DNA of 64,000 nucleotides from Methylocystis sp. (GCA_016178015.1 JACOUB010000058.1:17395-81394), one strand, 5' to 3'; shown: positions 13,145-22,900, numbered from the stretch's first letter. Numbers and translations are program-made. Notes: generated by a model not told the origin, from the letters alone.

Positions 13145-13200
13145 GGACCGCGAGCCTTCAGGCTCGCGAGTTCGCCAGCGAGCCTGAAGGCTCGCGGTCC
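13145..13200. repeat. GGACCGCGAGCCTTCAGGCTCGC inverted REP pair (family 4)
   Basis: Perfect 23-bp inverted arms, each with an internal hairpin; copies at 25019 and 48260. Confidence 0.92.
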
Positions 13201-13203
13201 GAC

Positions 13204-14163
13204 TCACCCCAGCATCGCCGCTGGATGCTCGATGAGGCGCTTGAATTCGGCGAGAAGCGTCGCGCCGAGCGCGCCGTCGACGGCGCGATGATCGACCGAC
13301 AGCGTCACGCTCATGATCGTGGCGATCGCCGGCGCGCCATTTTTTACGACGACGCGCGGCTCGCCGGCGCCGACCGCGAGGATGGTCGCATGCGGCGGAT
13401 TGATCACCGCGGAAAAATTCTTCACGCCGAACATGCCGAGATTGGTCACGGCGCTGGTTCCGCCCTCGTATTCGTTGGGCTTCAATCGCCGCTCCCTGGC
13501 GCGCTCGGCCAAACCTTTCAGCTCTACCGAAATGTCGCGGATCGATTTGCTCTCGGCGTTGCGCACGATCGGCGTGATGAGCCCGCCCGGGATCGACACG
13601 GCGACGCCGACATCGCTGGATTTGTGACGCAGAAGCGCCTCCTGCGTGAAGGTTACGTTGACGTCGGGAACGCGTTGCAGCGCCAGCGCCATCGCCTTGA
13701 CGACAAGATCGTTGACCGAGATTTTCCACTCCGGCGCGCCGTCGGCGCCCTGCGGCGCGGCGCTGTTGTAGTCCTCGCGCACATGCAGCAAAGCGTCGAT
13801 CTCGCAGTCGATCTCGAGATTGAAATGCGGGATCGTGCGAATCGCCTCGGTCATCCGGCGGGCGATCGCCTTGCGCATCGAGTCGTGCGGGATTTCCTCG
13901 TATGAGCCCGGCGCGAACAGTTTGCGCACGACGGCGTCCGACATGCCGGCCGGCGCCTCGACGCGAGCCGGCGCCGGCGCGGCCGAGACGCCGCTTTGTT
14001 GCGCTCTCCTCACATCGCGCTCGACGATGCGCCCCTGCGGGCCCGAGCCGGTGAGCGCCGCAAGATCGAGACCCGCCTCTTTCGCGAGACGGCGCGCCAG
14101 AGGCGAAGCGAAGACGCGCCCGTCGGCGCGAGAAGCATTTCCTTGGTCAGTTGCGAGCGACAT
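13204..14163 (-). CDS. pdhC: Dihydrolipoamide acetyltransferase (PDH E2) lacking an N-terminal lipoyl domain
   Basis: Starts at the subunit-binding domain (VFASPLARRLAKE...GSGPQGRIVERDV); catalytic DHRAVDG; no ETDKA motif. Confidence 0.92.
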   Translation of the reverse strand: MSLATDQGNASRADGRVFASPLARRLAKEAGLDLAALTGSGPQGRIVERDVRRAQQSGVSAAPAPARVEAPAGMSDAVVRKLFAPGSYEEIPHDSMRKAIARRMTEAIRTIPHFNLEIDCEIDALLHVREDYNSAAPQGADGAPEWKISVNDLVVKAMALALQRVPDVNVTFTQEALLRHKSSDVGVAVSIPGGLITPIVRNAESKSIRDISVELKGLAERARERRLKPNEYEGGTSAVTNLGMFGVKNFSAVINPPHATILAVGAGEPRVVVKNGAPAIATIMSVTLSVDHRAVDGALGATLLAEFKRLIEHPAAMLG

Positions 14164-14202
14164 GCTTCTACGCTCGCCACGCAAGATGTTGATCCGTCAG
14201 CG

Positions 14203-14343
14203 CGTCATGGCCGGGCTTGTCCCGGCCATCCACGCCAGGACGCGACAGGAAATCTTCATGCAGAAGCATGAACGCTCCTCCTCTCTTTCGGAACGCATTG
14301 CAGCTTGTCGGCGTGGATGCCCGCAACAAGCGCGGGCATGACG
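14203..14343. repeat. CGTC-tagged REP/MITE-like inverted pair (family 1)
   Basis: CGTCATGGCCGGGCTTGTCCCGGCCATCCACGCC...GGCGTGGATGCCCGCAACAAGCGCGGGCATGACG. Confidence 0.92.
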
Positions 14344-14367
14344 GGCAAATGTTTTTCGCCATGATCC

Positions 14368-15846
14368 TCACCTGTAGAGCACCGCCCGCGCCGCCGCGAC
14401 GACCTCGGCGATGGAAGGGAGCGCCAATTTTTCGAGATTGGCGGCGTAGGGCATCGGCACGTCCTTGCCGGTCACGCGCGCGACCGGCGCATCGAGATAA
14501 TCGAACGCCTCCGCCATCACCTTGGCGGCGATCTCGGCGCCGATCCCGCATTGCGGCCAGCCCTCTTCGACGGCGACGCAGCGGCCGGTCTTCTTCACCG
14601 AAGCGACGATCGCCGCGACATCCATCGGCCGCAGCGTGCGCAAATCGATCACCTCGGCCTCCACCCCCTCCTTGGCGAGTTCGTCAGCGGCGCCGAGGGC
14701 GTAACTCATGCCAATCGAAAACGAGACGAAGGTCACATCCTTGCCCTCGCGTGCGACGCGCGCCTTGCCAATGGGAATGAGGAAATCCTCGATGTTGGGC
14801 ACCTCGGACTGCCGGCCATAAAGAATTTCGTTCTCGAGGAAGATCACCGGATTGGGATCGCGAATGGCGCTCTTGAGCAGCCCCTTGGCGTCGGAAGCGT
14901 TCGACGGCGCGATGACCTTGAGGCCGGGAACCTGCGCGAACCAGGCGGCGTAGTCCTGACTGTGCTGGGCGGCGACGCGCGCCGCTGCGCCGTTGGGGCC
15001 GCGAAAGACGATCGGGCAATTGATCTGCCCGCCGGACATGTAAAGCGTCTTGGCGGCGGAATTGATAAGGTGGTCCATCGCCTGCATGGCGAAATTGAAG
15101 GTCATGAATTCGACGATCGGCCGCAGTCCAGCAAACGCCGCGCCGACGCTTAAGCCCGCGAAACCATGCTCGGTAATGGGCGTGTCGACGACGCGGCGCG
15201 CGCCGAATTCCTGCAACAGACCTTGCGTCACCTTATAGGCGCCCTGATATTCGGCGACCTCCTCGCCGATAATGAAGACGTTTGGATCGCGCCGCATCTC
15301 CTCGGCCATGGCGTCGCGCAGCGCTTCGCGCATGGTCATGGAGGCGAAGGTCGCGTCGGCCGGAATTTCCGGCGCAACGGGGCGAGCGGCAGGAGCAGGC
15401 GCGGGCCTCGCAGGCGGCCTCTGCTCTTCGCCTCTAGCGGGGGGCGCGCGCTCTTCCTCGCCTTTGGCAAACGGCGCCGCGGGGACCTCGGCTGAGCTTG
15501 CCTCCTCGCCTTTGGCGGGGGGGGCGCGCTCTTTCTCGCCTTTGCGCTCTTCCTCGCCTTTGACGGCGGGCGCCGCGGGGACCTCTGCTGAGCTTGCCTC
15601 CTCGCCCTCGCCGGCGATCACGGCGATCGGCGTATTGACGGCAATGTTCTCGGTCCCGGCTGGCGTCAAGATGCGCGCCAGCACGCCCTCGTCTGCCGCC
15701 TCCACCTCCATCGTCGCCTTGTCGGTCTCGATCTCGGCGATGACGTCGCCGGCCTTGACATGATCGCCCTCGCTTTTCAGCCACTTGGCGAGCTTGCCCT
15801 GCTCCATGGTGGGCGACAGCGCCGGCATCAATACGTTGACGGTCAT
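14368..15846 (-). CDS. pdhB: Pyruvate dehydrogenase E1 beta with N-terminal lipoyl domain
   Basis: [12 protein letters not shown]...[13 protein letters not shown] lipoyl domain; [14 protein letters not shown]; DTPITE. Confidence 0.97.
   Translation of the reverse strand: MTVNVLMPALSPTMEQGKLAKWLKSEGDHVKAGDVIAEIETDKATMEVEAADEGVLARILTPAGTENIAVNTPIAVIAGEGEEASSAEVPAAPAVKGEEERKGEKERAPPAKGEEASSAEVPAAPFAKGEEERAPPARGEEQRPPARPAPAPAARPVAPEIPADATFASMTMREALRDAMAEEMRRDPNVFIIGEEVAEYQGAYKVTQGLLQEFGARRVVDTPITEHGFAGLSVGAAFAGLRPIVEFMTFNFAMQAMDHLINSAAKTLYMSGGQINCPIVFRGPNGAAARVAAQHSQDYAAWFAQVPGLKVIAPSNASDAKGLLKSAIRDPNPVIFLENEILYGRQSEVPNIEDFLIPIGKARVAREGKDVTFVSFSIGMSYALGAADELAKEGVEAEVIDLRTLRPMDVAAIVASVKKTGRCVAVEEGWPQCGIGAEIAAKVMAEAFDYLDAPVARVTGKDVPMPYAANLEKLALPSIAEVVAAARAVLYR
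15448..15606. repeat. 63-bp direct duplication (96-bp period) in the pdhB linker
   Basis: 15448-15510 vs 15544-15606, encoding [13 protein letters not shown](A/F)(V/A)KGEEER twice. Confidence 0.9.
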
Positions 15847-15874
15847 GGGATCACCCGCGAGGATCGGACGCGCC

Positions 15875-16028
15875 CCCTCTCCCCGTTTACGGGGAGAGGG
15901 CCGGGGTGAGGGGCCGGGGGTATTTTCCGCGACATAGATAAAACCCACGAATTTTCTGACGTCATAGGCATTCTGGACAACACACCCAGCCCCTCACCCT
16001 GACCCTCTCCCCGCAAGCGGGGAGAGGG
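15875..16028. repeat. CCCTCTCCC...GGGAGAGGG palindromic element (family 2)
   Basis: Two terminal hairpins with inverted CCCTCACCC arms; fills the pdhA-pdhB gap. Confidence 0.9.
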
Positions 16029-16039
16029 AAAGACGCGAC

Positions 16040-17059
16040 TCACATCACCACGTCCGTCCACAATTCGCTCGGATCCGGCTCGCGATCCTCCGAGGCGAAA
16101 TCGGCCGCATCGGCCACGATTTTGCGCACGGCGGCGTCAATCTTCTTCAATTCGTCCTCGCTCGTCCGCCCATCGGCAATGAGGCGCGCGCGCACCTGTT
16201 CGATCGGATCATGCTCTTCGCGCATTTTCTGCACTTCTTCCCTGGATCGATACTTCGCCGGGTCGGACATCGAGTGGCCGCGATAGCGGTAGGTTTGCAT
16301 CTCCAGAAGATAGGGGCCATTGCCCTTGCGGCACCAATCGATGGCGGCGCCCGCCGCCGCCTTGACCGCACGCACGTCCATCCCATCGACGCGCAGTCCA
16401 GGAATATTGAAGGCCACCCCGCGCTTGGAGAATTCCGTTTGCGCAGAAGAGCGCTCCACCGAAGTTCCCATGGCGTAGCGATTGTTCTCGACGATGAAGA
16501 CGACCGGCAGCTTCCACAACTCCGCCATGTTGAAGGTCTCGTAGACTTGACCCTGATTGGCCGCGCCCTCGCCGAAAAAGGTGAGCGAAACGCTACCGTC
16601 GCCGCGATAGCGATTGGCGAAGGCGAGTCCCGCGCCGATGGGCGCCGGCGCGCCGACGACGCCATGGCCGCCGAAGAAATTCTTCTCCCGCGAGAACATG
16701 TGCATGGAGCCGCCCTTGCCCTTGGAATAACCGCTGCGCCGTCCGGTGAGTTCGGCCATCACGCGCTTGGGGTCCATCCCGCAAGTCAGCATATGAGCGT
16801 GATCGCGGTAGGCGGTGATGAACTGGTCGCTGTCGCGCGCCGCCATGCGCACGCCGACGACGACCGCTTCCTGACCGATATAGAGATGGCAAAAGCCGCC
16901 GATCAGGCCCATGCCGTACATCTGGCCGGCCTTTTCCTCAAAACGGCGAATGAGCAACATGGCGCGATAGGCGGCGAGCTCCTGCTCGGGGTCGAGCGCC
17001 GGCGCCGCCGCGCCTGCGGCTTCTCCGGCCTCCGTCTCGACTTTGCTCGCCGCCGCCAT
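16040..17059 (-). CDS. pdhA: Pyruvate dehydrogenase E1 alpha
   Basis: GFCHLYIGQEAV, GKGGSMHMF, GEGAANQGQ, YRYRGHSMSDP. Confidence 0.98.
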   Translation of the reverse strand: MAAASKVETEAGEAAGAAAPALDPEQELAAYRAMLLIRRFEEKAGQMYGMGLIGGFCHLYIGQEAVVVGVRMAARDSDQFITAYRDHAHMLTCGMDPKRVMAELTGRRSGYSKGKGGSMHMFSREKNFFGGHGVVGAPAPIGAGLAFANRYRGDGSVSLTFFGEGAANQGQVYETFNMAELWKLPVVFIVENNRYAMGTSVERSSAQTEFSKRGVAFNIPGLRVDGMDVRAVKAAAGAAIDWCRKGNGPYLLEMQTYRYRGHSMSDPAKYRSREEVQKMREEHDPIEQVRARLIADGRTSEDELKKIDAAVRKIVADAADFASEDREPDPSELWTDVVM

Positions 17060-17213
17060 GAATGCGCATCCTCTCCGATTCAACTAATACAGGATAGCCG
17101 AATACGAAGATGGAGACGAGGCTCTCGCGGAATAACGGCGTCACGTCAATCGGATTGCTCCCGCAACAGAAATGTAGTAATGTAGATACAATCTGATTTC
17201 GGGGACATGAATC

Positions 17214-17471
17214 ATGGGTGTCACCACCTTGTCGAGCCGTGAAGTCAATCAAGACATTGGCCGCGCAAAACGGGCGTCGAAAAAGGGGCCGGTGGTCATC
17301 ACTGATCGCGGGCGGCCAGCGCATGTTCTGCTCACCTACGAGGACTTCCGGCGTTTGACCGACGGCGAGCCCGGCATCCGGGCGTTGTTGGACCAGCCGG
17401 GACTCGAGGAGATCGAATTCGATCCGCCCCGCCTCGGGCAAGGGCTGTTCCTGCCGGCAGATCTCGCGTGA
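17214..17471 (+). CDS. Phd/YefM-family antitoxin
   Basis: TTLSSREVNQDIGRAKRAS.KGPVVITDRGRPAHVLL. Confidence 0.92.
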   Translation: MGVTTLSSREVNQDIGRAKRASKKGPVVITDRGRPAHVLLTYEDFRRLTDGEPGIRALLDQPGLEEIEFDPPRLGQGLFLPADLA

Positions 17472-17887
17472 CGTATTTGCTCGATACGAACGTGCTTTCG
17501 GAATTGCGCCGGCGCGACCGGACCGATGCGAACGTCGCCGCTTGGGCGGACAGCGTTCGAACGTCTTGTCTCTATCTTTCTGTCATTACCATCTTGGAGA
17601 TCGAAGCAGGCGCCCTGATGATCGAACGTAGGGACAGCGCCCAGGGAGCAATCTTGCGGGAATGGATCGACAAGAGGGTGCTTCCAGCGTTCGAGGGACG
17701 GGTGCTTGCGGTCGATGTGCCGGTGGCTCGGTGTTGCGCGCGTCTCCATGCGCCAAATCCCCGCGCGGAAAGAGACGCATTGATCGCCGCGACGGCGATC
17801 GTCCACCGCATGACCGTAGTCACGCGCAATGTGAGAGACTTCGCCCCGATGGGTGTGAAGACGTTCGATCCATGGACGGCGCGTTGA
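17468..17887 (+). CDS. VapC/PIN-domain toxin
   Basis: YLLDTNVLSELR, RDALIAATA, VVTRNVRDF. Confidence 0.94.
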   Translation: MTYLLDTNVLSELRRRDRTDANVAAWADSVRTSCLYLSVITILEIEAGALMIERRDSAQGAILREWIDKRVLPAFEGRVLAVDVPVARCCARLHAPNPRAERDALIAATAIVHRMTVVTRNVRDFAPMGVKTFDPWTAR

Positions 17888-17918
17888 GCGGGCGAGCATA
17901 GCTGTCCTGCCGGCGACT

Positions 17919-18272
17919 TCAGCGGCCGGCGGGACCGGACGACGGCGGCAGCAGAATGACGACTTCGTTGCGATGCACGCGGCCGAGCAGCGCGCGGGCC
18001 TGCTCATCGAGGATGTCGGAATCGACCATGTCGCCGCGAATGAGGCCGATCTTACGCTCCCACTGGCTACGCTCGGCCTGCAGCGTATCGAGCTCCTGAC
18101 GCAATTCGCCAATGCGCTGCTCATATTCCACGCCGGCCTTCAGACCGCTCTGACCATTGACGCCGTGCCAAACGAAATAGCCCGCGACCGGCCCGACCAC
18201 GCCGTAGAGACTCACGGGAAGCACGAGCGAACGCAGGAAGTTGCGAATGTCCATGCCGGCAGCTTGCGCCAA
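17919..18272 (-). CDS. ftsB: Septum formation initiator FtsB/DivIC family
   Basis: TM segment, GYFVWHGVNG, coiled coil, DILDEQARALLG; upstream of pdhA as usual in rhizobia. Confidence 0.85.
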   Translation of the reverse strand: MAQAAGMDIRNFLRSLVLPVSLYGVVGPVAGYFVWHGVNGQSGLKAGVEYEQRIGELRQELDTLQAERSQWERKIGLIRGDMVDSDILDEQARALLGRVHRNEVVILLPPSSGPAGR

Positions 18273-18359
18273 CTAAGGTATAGACGCCGTTAACGGCGGG
18301 ACGCCAGCGCGCCCAACCGGCTTCCGCTTCCCCGGGCCAGGCTCGAAAAGCCAACGAGA

Positions 18360-19136
18360 TCAGCGGCGCCCGCGCGCCACCCGCTCGATCTCGGCTCGCA
18401 CCAGCCGTTCGACCAGCACAGGAAGATTGTCGTCGAGCCATTGTTTGAGCAGCGGCCGCAGCATGTCTTGCGCGTAACGGGCGATGAGATCGGACTCGCT
18501 GAGCGCCATGCTGGCCGCCAGCGCTTCAAAATGCGACGCAACGGAAGCGGCGGCGTCCGCCGACACCAACGAGGCGCCGGTCTCGTGCGCAGCCGCGAGC
18601 GAAGCGGCCGCTTCTTCGCCACCGTCACGGCCGTCGATCTCGCTGGGCGCGGCCTCGCCAGGCTCCGCCGCATCGCGGCGATCCGCCGGGGCGTCGTCCG
18701 CATCGTCGGCCCATGAGCGCGGCGCCTCGACGCGCGCCTCGTCCTTGGCCGCGAATTGAGACGACGCTGGCTCGACACGACTGGCCGGCCGCAACCAAAA
18801 ATCCTGAGCCCCGAGCGCCGCAGCGGGCGGCCAGCCGACAACAGGCGTCTCCTGCTCCCGCGCCGCCGCGGCATAGGCCGGAAAAGCCGCATCCGGCTCA
18901 TCAAGCGGCGCGTCTTTGACATCCTCCGAATCATTGGACGCGCTGGACGGCGCTTCGGGCTCCAACCGCGCGTCCGCGGCGCGGTCCCTCTCCTGATCTC
19001 GACGCAATACGGGGAGAGTGCCGTCATCGGCGATGATGCGTCGGATCGAAGCGAGAATTTCCTCCATCGAGGGCTCGTGCGAGCGACGCTCGGCCTCAAG
19101 CGAGGATAACGGGATCGGGGCGTTTGCTGCGCTCAT
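18360..19136 (-). CDS. popZ: Polar organizing protein PopZ (DUF2497)
   Basis: EPSMEEILASIRRIIADD; C-terminal MLRPLLKQWLDDNLPVLVERLVRAEIERVARG. Confidence 0.95.
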   Translation of the reverse strand: MSAANAPIPLSSLEAERRSHEPSMEEILASIRRIIADDGTLPVLRRDQERDRAADARLEPEAPSSASNDSEDVKDAPLDEPDAAFPAYAAAAREQETPVVGWPPAAALGAQDFWLRPASRVEPASSQFAAKDEARVEAPRSWADDADDAPADRRDAAEPGEAAPSEIDGRDGGEEAAASLAAAHETGASLVSADAAASVASHFEALAASMALSESDLIARYAQDMLRPLLKQWLDDNLPVLVERLVRAEIERVARGRR

Positions 19137-19467
19137 GGCGTTTCGTGCTTCCTAAGTTTGCGCGGCCATCCGGCGTCCACGCGCCACAATCCCTCTCATC
19201 GGCTGGCGCACGCGTCGATGAAGCGAGATCGCTCGATCGATAAAAAACCCGCCAAGTCGCTCTCTCCCGCTCTTGTAACTGAGTCGGTCTTCCCTGCCAC
19301 ACGCTATGCTAGAACGAAATCGTTGCACAGTGAATCGTGATTTTGCTCCGGTTCTCGTTTTGTCGCTTTTTGTTCACGGGAATCGATTTCCGGTCCGCCG
19401 GATGCGCCGCCGCGGGTTGGCCGTGCATCGACGCCGGTGTTGTGATTCTAACGCTCGGTCTCACGAG

Positions 19468-19568
19468 TGTCATTCCCGGCGCCGCGAAGCGGCGACCTTA
19501 GAATCCAGCGAGATGCAAGCTGTTGCTCTGGATTCTAAGGTCAGGCCTCCGGCCTGCCGGGAATGACA
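19468..19568. repeat. GTCATTCCCG...CGGGAATGAC REP-like inverted pair (family 3)
   Basis: TGTCATTCCCGGC...CCTTAGAATCCAG / CTGGATTCTAAGG...GCCGGGAATGACA. Confidence 0.88.
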
Positions 19569-19704
19569 GAACTGAATCGAATGCTGGAAACAATACACCA
19601 GGGCGGGGTTCGACGCCTTTTGCCGGAGAATGTCGCGCGACCGCCGGCAAACGGCATGCCGAATCACTGCCAAACGCCGCCGCGCCTCCAACTGCGGACG
19701 CCGC

Positions 19705-21195
19705 TTATCTCCCGCCAGGCGTATCGACGCCGATCCAGTTGTCCCGGACCTGCTCGAAATGAACGGTCGGATCATAAGTGGCGACGTCGAGACCAAGTTC
19801 GGCGGCCGATAAGCGGCCGATCGAAGCAAGCGCCGCATAAGACGCGACGATGCGATCGCGCTGCGCGACGATGAGATTGACGCGCGCGTTGAGCAGCGCG
19901 TGCCGAGCGTTTAGCACGTCAAGCGTCGTACGCTGACCGACCTTGGCCTCCTCGCGCACGCCTTGCAGGGCGATCTCGGCCGCCCTCGCCGCCGCCTGGC
20001 CCGAAACGATCGACGCCTTGGCTGTCTCGAGCTGCGCGAAGCTGGAAACGACGCCGACCCGCGCCAGATCGCGTTGCAGATCGGCGTTGAGCCGCGCCTG
20101 TCCCGCCTGCTCCTTGGCCTGTCTGATCGACGCATATTCCGCCCCGCCCTGATAGATGGGAAAATTGGCCGTGCCGATCGCCTGCGCGGAAAATTGCCGT
20201 GTCCCAGGCGACCCCAGAAACGAATCGTATTGCTGACTGACTTGCCCCGACACAGCAACCGTGGGCAGCAGCGCGCCCTCGGCGACCTTCACCGCGAGTT
20301 CGGCGGCGTCCGCCTGATGCAGCGCGGCGACGACGCCGGGATGTTCGACCATCGCGATGTCGATCGCCTCGGCGAGCGACTTGGGCAGCAGCTTCTCGAT
20401 CGATTGCGCCGGCTCCAGACGCGTGGGCTCTATTCCGGTGATTTGCCTGAAATTCGCGACGCTGGTCTCGAGCAACGCTCGCGCAGCGTAAAACTCGGAG
20501 CGAGCTTGCGCCAGCGAGGCTTCCGACTGCGCCACATCGGTGCGCGTCACTTCGCCGACGTCGAAACGATCGCGCGTTTGACGCAACTGCTGCTCGAGAA
20601 CGGCTATATTGTTTTTGCGCAAAGCGAGGACGGCGGTGTCGCGCAGCACGTTCATATAGGCGGTTGCGCCGTTTTGCAGCGTCGTCTGTTCAGCAAGCCG
20701 CATCGTGGCGCGCGCCGCGAACACGCCGGATTCGGCCTGGCGCACCAAATTGCCGGTTCGCCCGCCATCATAGAGGGTCTGCGTGAGATTGAAGATGGCG
20801 CCGCGCGGCTCGCCGAGAAACTGATCGGTGGAAAAGCTCCGACGCCCGAGCGGGTCTCGTCCTGCCGGGAGCCTTATGCGCGAATTTTGTGGACCGCCGT
20901 TTAGCGAGGCGCTCGCTTTCGGCCGCATGCCGGCTGCCGCCTTCGGCGCGTCTTCGTCTCTCGCCCGCACATTGGCGCGCTGCTGATTGAGATCGGGATT
21001 GCCGTCATAGGCCCGCGCCAAGGCGCTGAACATTGTTTCGGCTCGCGCGCTCTGCGCCGTAAAGGACGAGGCGCATACGCATGCCGCTGCGCCCATCGCG
21101 ATGATCGCCCACGAAGCTCGTCGCGCGGACGCCCCATATCCCGACGCCGGAATGCGCGCACGCAAATCACGCATCGCCGCCCAACTCATAATCAA
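19705..21195 (-). CDS. tolC: TolC-family outer-membrane channel
   Basis: ETMFSALARAY..NP, GEVTRTDVAQ, GQRTTLDVLNA; pcm-tolC-popZ synteny. Confidence 0.93.
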   Translation of the reverse strand: MIMSWAAMRDLRARIPASGYGASARRASWAIIAMGAAACVCASSFTAQSARAETMFSALARAYDGNPDLNQQRANVRARDEDAPKAAAGMRPKASASLNGGPQNSRIRLPAGRDPLGRRSFSTDQFLGEPRGAIFNLTQTLYDGGRTGNLVRQAESGVFAARATMRLAEQTTLQNGATAYMNVLRDTAVLALRKNNIAVLEQQLRQTRDRFDVGEVTRTDVAQSEASLAQARSEFYAARALLETSVANFRQITGIEPTRLEPAQSIEKLLPKSLAEAIDIAMVEHPGVVAALHQADAAELAVKVAEGALLPTVAVSGQVSQQYDSFLGSPGTRQFSAQAIGTANFPIYQGGAEYASIRQAKEQAGQARLNADLQRDLARVGVVSSFAQLETAKASIVSGQAAARAAEIALQGVREEAKVGQRTTLDVLNARHALLNARVNLIVAQRDRIVASYAALASIGRLSAAELGLDVATYDPTVHFEQVRDNWIGVDTPGGR

Positions 21196-21327
21196 GCCTC
21201 GACGCCTTCCTCGGAACGCATGACCAGCATAGCCTCATCGCCAACCCCGGCGGACCATACTCTGCCCTCACTCACGACGAACACGCTAACGAAAAACACG
21301 ATCCGCGCAAGCTCGCGGCGCCAAGGC

Positions 21328-22056
21328 TCAGAACGAGAAGACGGACCTCTTGCGAAAACCCGGCAGAACCGGCGCGCTCGCATCAAACAGCGCGCGGGCG
21401 CCGGCCGGCTTGCCGCCGACGCGTTCGAACCGCACGACCTGTTGACCCGACCCTTCCTCAGGTTTGGCGATGGCGAGCAAGCGGCCGTCGGGGGACAGGG
21501 AGCCAAACAGAGCGTCGAGACCGTCCTCCACGGCGCCATGGACGAGAATGACGTCGAAAGGCCCCGCCCCGGGAACGCCGTTGTCGAGCGGAGCAACCTC
21601 GACTTGCACGTTGGCGAGGCCGGCGGCTTGCAAATTCGCCTTCGCTTTGGCGGCAAGATCGGGGTCGCTCTCCAGCGCAACGACTTGGCGGGCCAGTCCC
21701 GCCAGGATCGCCGCCGCATAGCCGGCGCCGCCGGCGACGTCGAGAACCTTGTCGGCAGCGCCGATTTCGGCGCCTTGAATGAATCGCGCCAGGATCAGCG
21801 GGGGGAGGAGATAACGGACTTTCCTCCCCTTTTGGTCCTTCAGGAACAGCGGCCGATCGGAATAGGCGAGCGGCGCCAGCTCGAGAGGCAGAAAAACCTC
21901 GCGCGGAACGTCCAGAAATCGCCGCAGGACAGGAATGTCGGTCACGCCGACCGGCTCCAATTGGCGTTCGACCATGGTGCGGCGCAAGACGGCGCTCGCC
22001 GCGCCTGTTTCCGCTGTTGCGTCCGCGCGGGCCAGAGCTGCTTGCGCCATCGTCAT
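21328..22056 (-). CDS. pcm: Protein-L-isoaspartate O-methyltransferase family
   Basis: RRTMVERQL, VPREVFLP, VLDVAGGAGYAAA (SAM motif). Confidence 0.9.
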   Translation of the reverse strand: MTMAQAALARADATAETGAASAVLRRTMVERQLEPVGVTDIPVLRRFLDVPREVFLPLELAPLAYSDRPLFLKDQKGRKVRYLLPPLILARFIQGAEIGAADKVLDVAGGAGYAAAILAGLARQVVALESDPDLAAKAKANLQAAGLANVQVEVAPLDNGVPGAGPFDVILVHGAVEDGLDALFGSLSPDGRLLAIAKPEEGSGQQVVRFERVGGKPAGARALFDASAPVLPGFRKRSVFSF

Positions 22057-22160
22057 TCCGGCGTCGCGCCGGCCTCCTTGAAAAACGCCGCGTGAGCAAC
22101 TGGCGGCTTGGCGCGCTTTATAGGTTCGCGCCTGCGCCATGTCCACGACGCCGGTCAATT

Positions 22161-22272
22161 CCCTCTCCCGCGGAACGCGGGGGAGGGCTAGGGAGGGGGG
22201 GCATCGCCGCGCAAAATTGCTGCAAGACGAACTGCCCCCTCTCCAACTCTCCCCCGCTCCGCGGGAGAGAGA
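22161..22272. repeat. CCCTCTCCC-type palindromic element (family 2)
   Basis: CCCTCTCCCGCGGAACGCGGGGGAGGG...CTCTCCCCCGCTCCGCGGGAGAGAG. Confidence 0.85.
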
Positions 22273-22346
22273 GCGGGCTCGCCCTTTGCCGAAGTTCACC
22301 CGATCGCCCTTCTGAACAGCCTGTGGAAAACAGCCGCTTGCCCGCG

Positions 22347-22796
22347 TCAGGCCTCGATGACGAGCTCAGCGTCTCCGGTCTCGGCGAGCGCGCGCATCTG
22401 CGCGAGCGTGCGCGTGTCGAGCACATTGGCGATGGCCTCGCGCGCCTCCAGCATGACCAGCCGCACGGCGCATTTCGTCTCGTCCCGACAATCGTCGCAG
22501 CGCCGATAGACCGTCTTGCTGGCGCATTGAATCGGCGCCAGCGGCCCGTCGAGCACGCGAATGATGTTGCCGACCGGGATTTGTTCGGCGGCGCGCGCCA
22601 GCGTGTAGCCGCCGCCCTTGCCCTTCTTGGAATGGACGAAACCGGCGTTGCGCAACTCCGCCAAGATGGCGTCGAGAAACTTCTTGGGGATTTGGTTGGC
22701 GCTCGCGATGTCGGTGACCAGCGCCGTACGACCCGGCTCGATGCCGGCGAGATGCACCATGGCCTTCAACCCGTATTTTGCTTTCCTGGTCAGCAT
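22347..22796 (-). CDS. Rrf2-family transcriptional regulator (CymR-like context)
   Basis: MLTRKAKYGLKAM, IPKKFLDAIL, SKKGKGGGY; divergent from tauE-cysK. Confidence 0.93.
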   Translation of the reverse strand: MLTRKAKYGLKAMVHLAGIEPGRTALVTDIASANQIPKKFLDAILAELRNAGFVHSKKGKGGGYTLARAAEQIPVGNIIRVLDGPLAPIQCASKTVYRRCDDCRDETKCAVRLVMLEAREAIANVLDTRTLAQMRALAETGDAELVIEA

Positions 22797-22825
22797 GGGA
22801 CGAAAGCCTTGCTCGATTTCTCGCG

Positions 22826-22900
22826 GAGGACAGAGGACGGAGGACAGAGGACGGAGGACAGAGGACAGATCCGTCGTCTGTCCTGCGTGGTCCGTCGTCC
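22826..22900. repeat. Heptamer (GAGGAC[A/G])x6 followed by a reverse-complement arm (family 5)
   Basis: Direct reading of the sequence; 30 bp upstream of the rrf2 start. Confidence 0.92.

Noticed and set aside
14344-14362. ATG GCG AAA AAC ATT after the pdhB stop as a relic of the lost E2 lipoyl-domain start
   Set aside because: The AAACATTTGCCCGTC stretch matches the flank of the repeat copy at 34878, so it is better explained as part of the repeat
22826-22900. Heptamer tracts as a mini CRISPR array
   Set aside because: 7-bp units with no spacers, and no cas genes in the window
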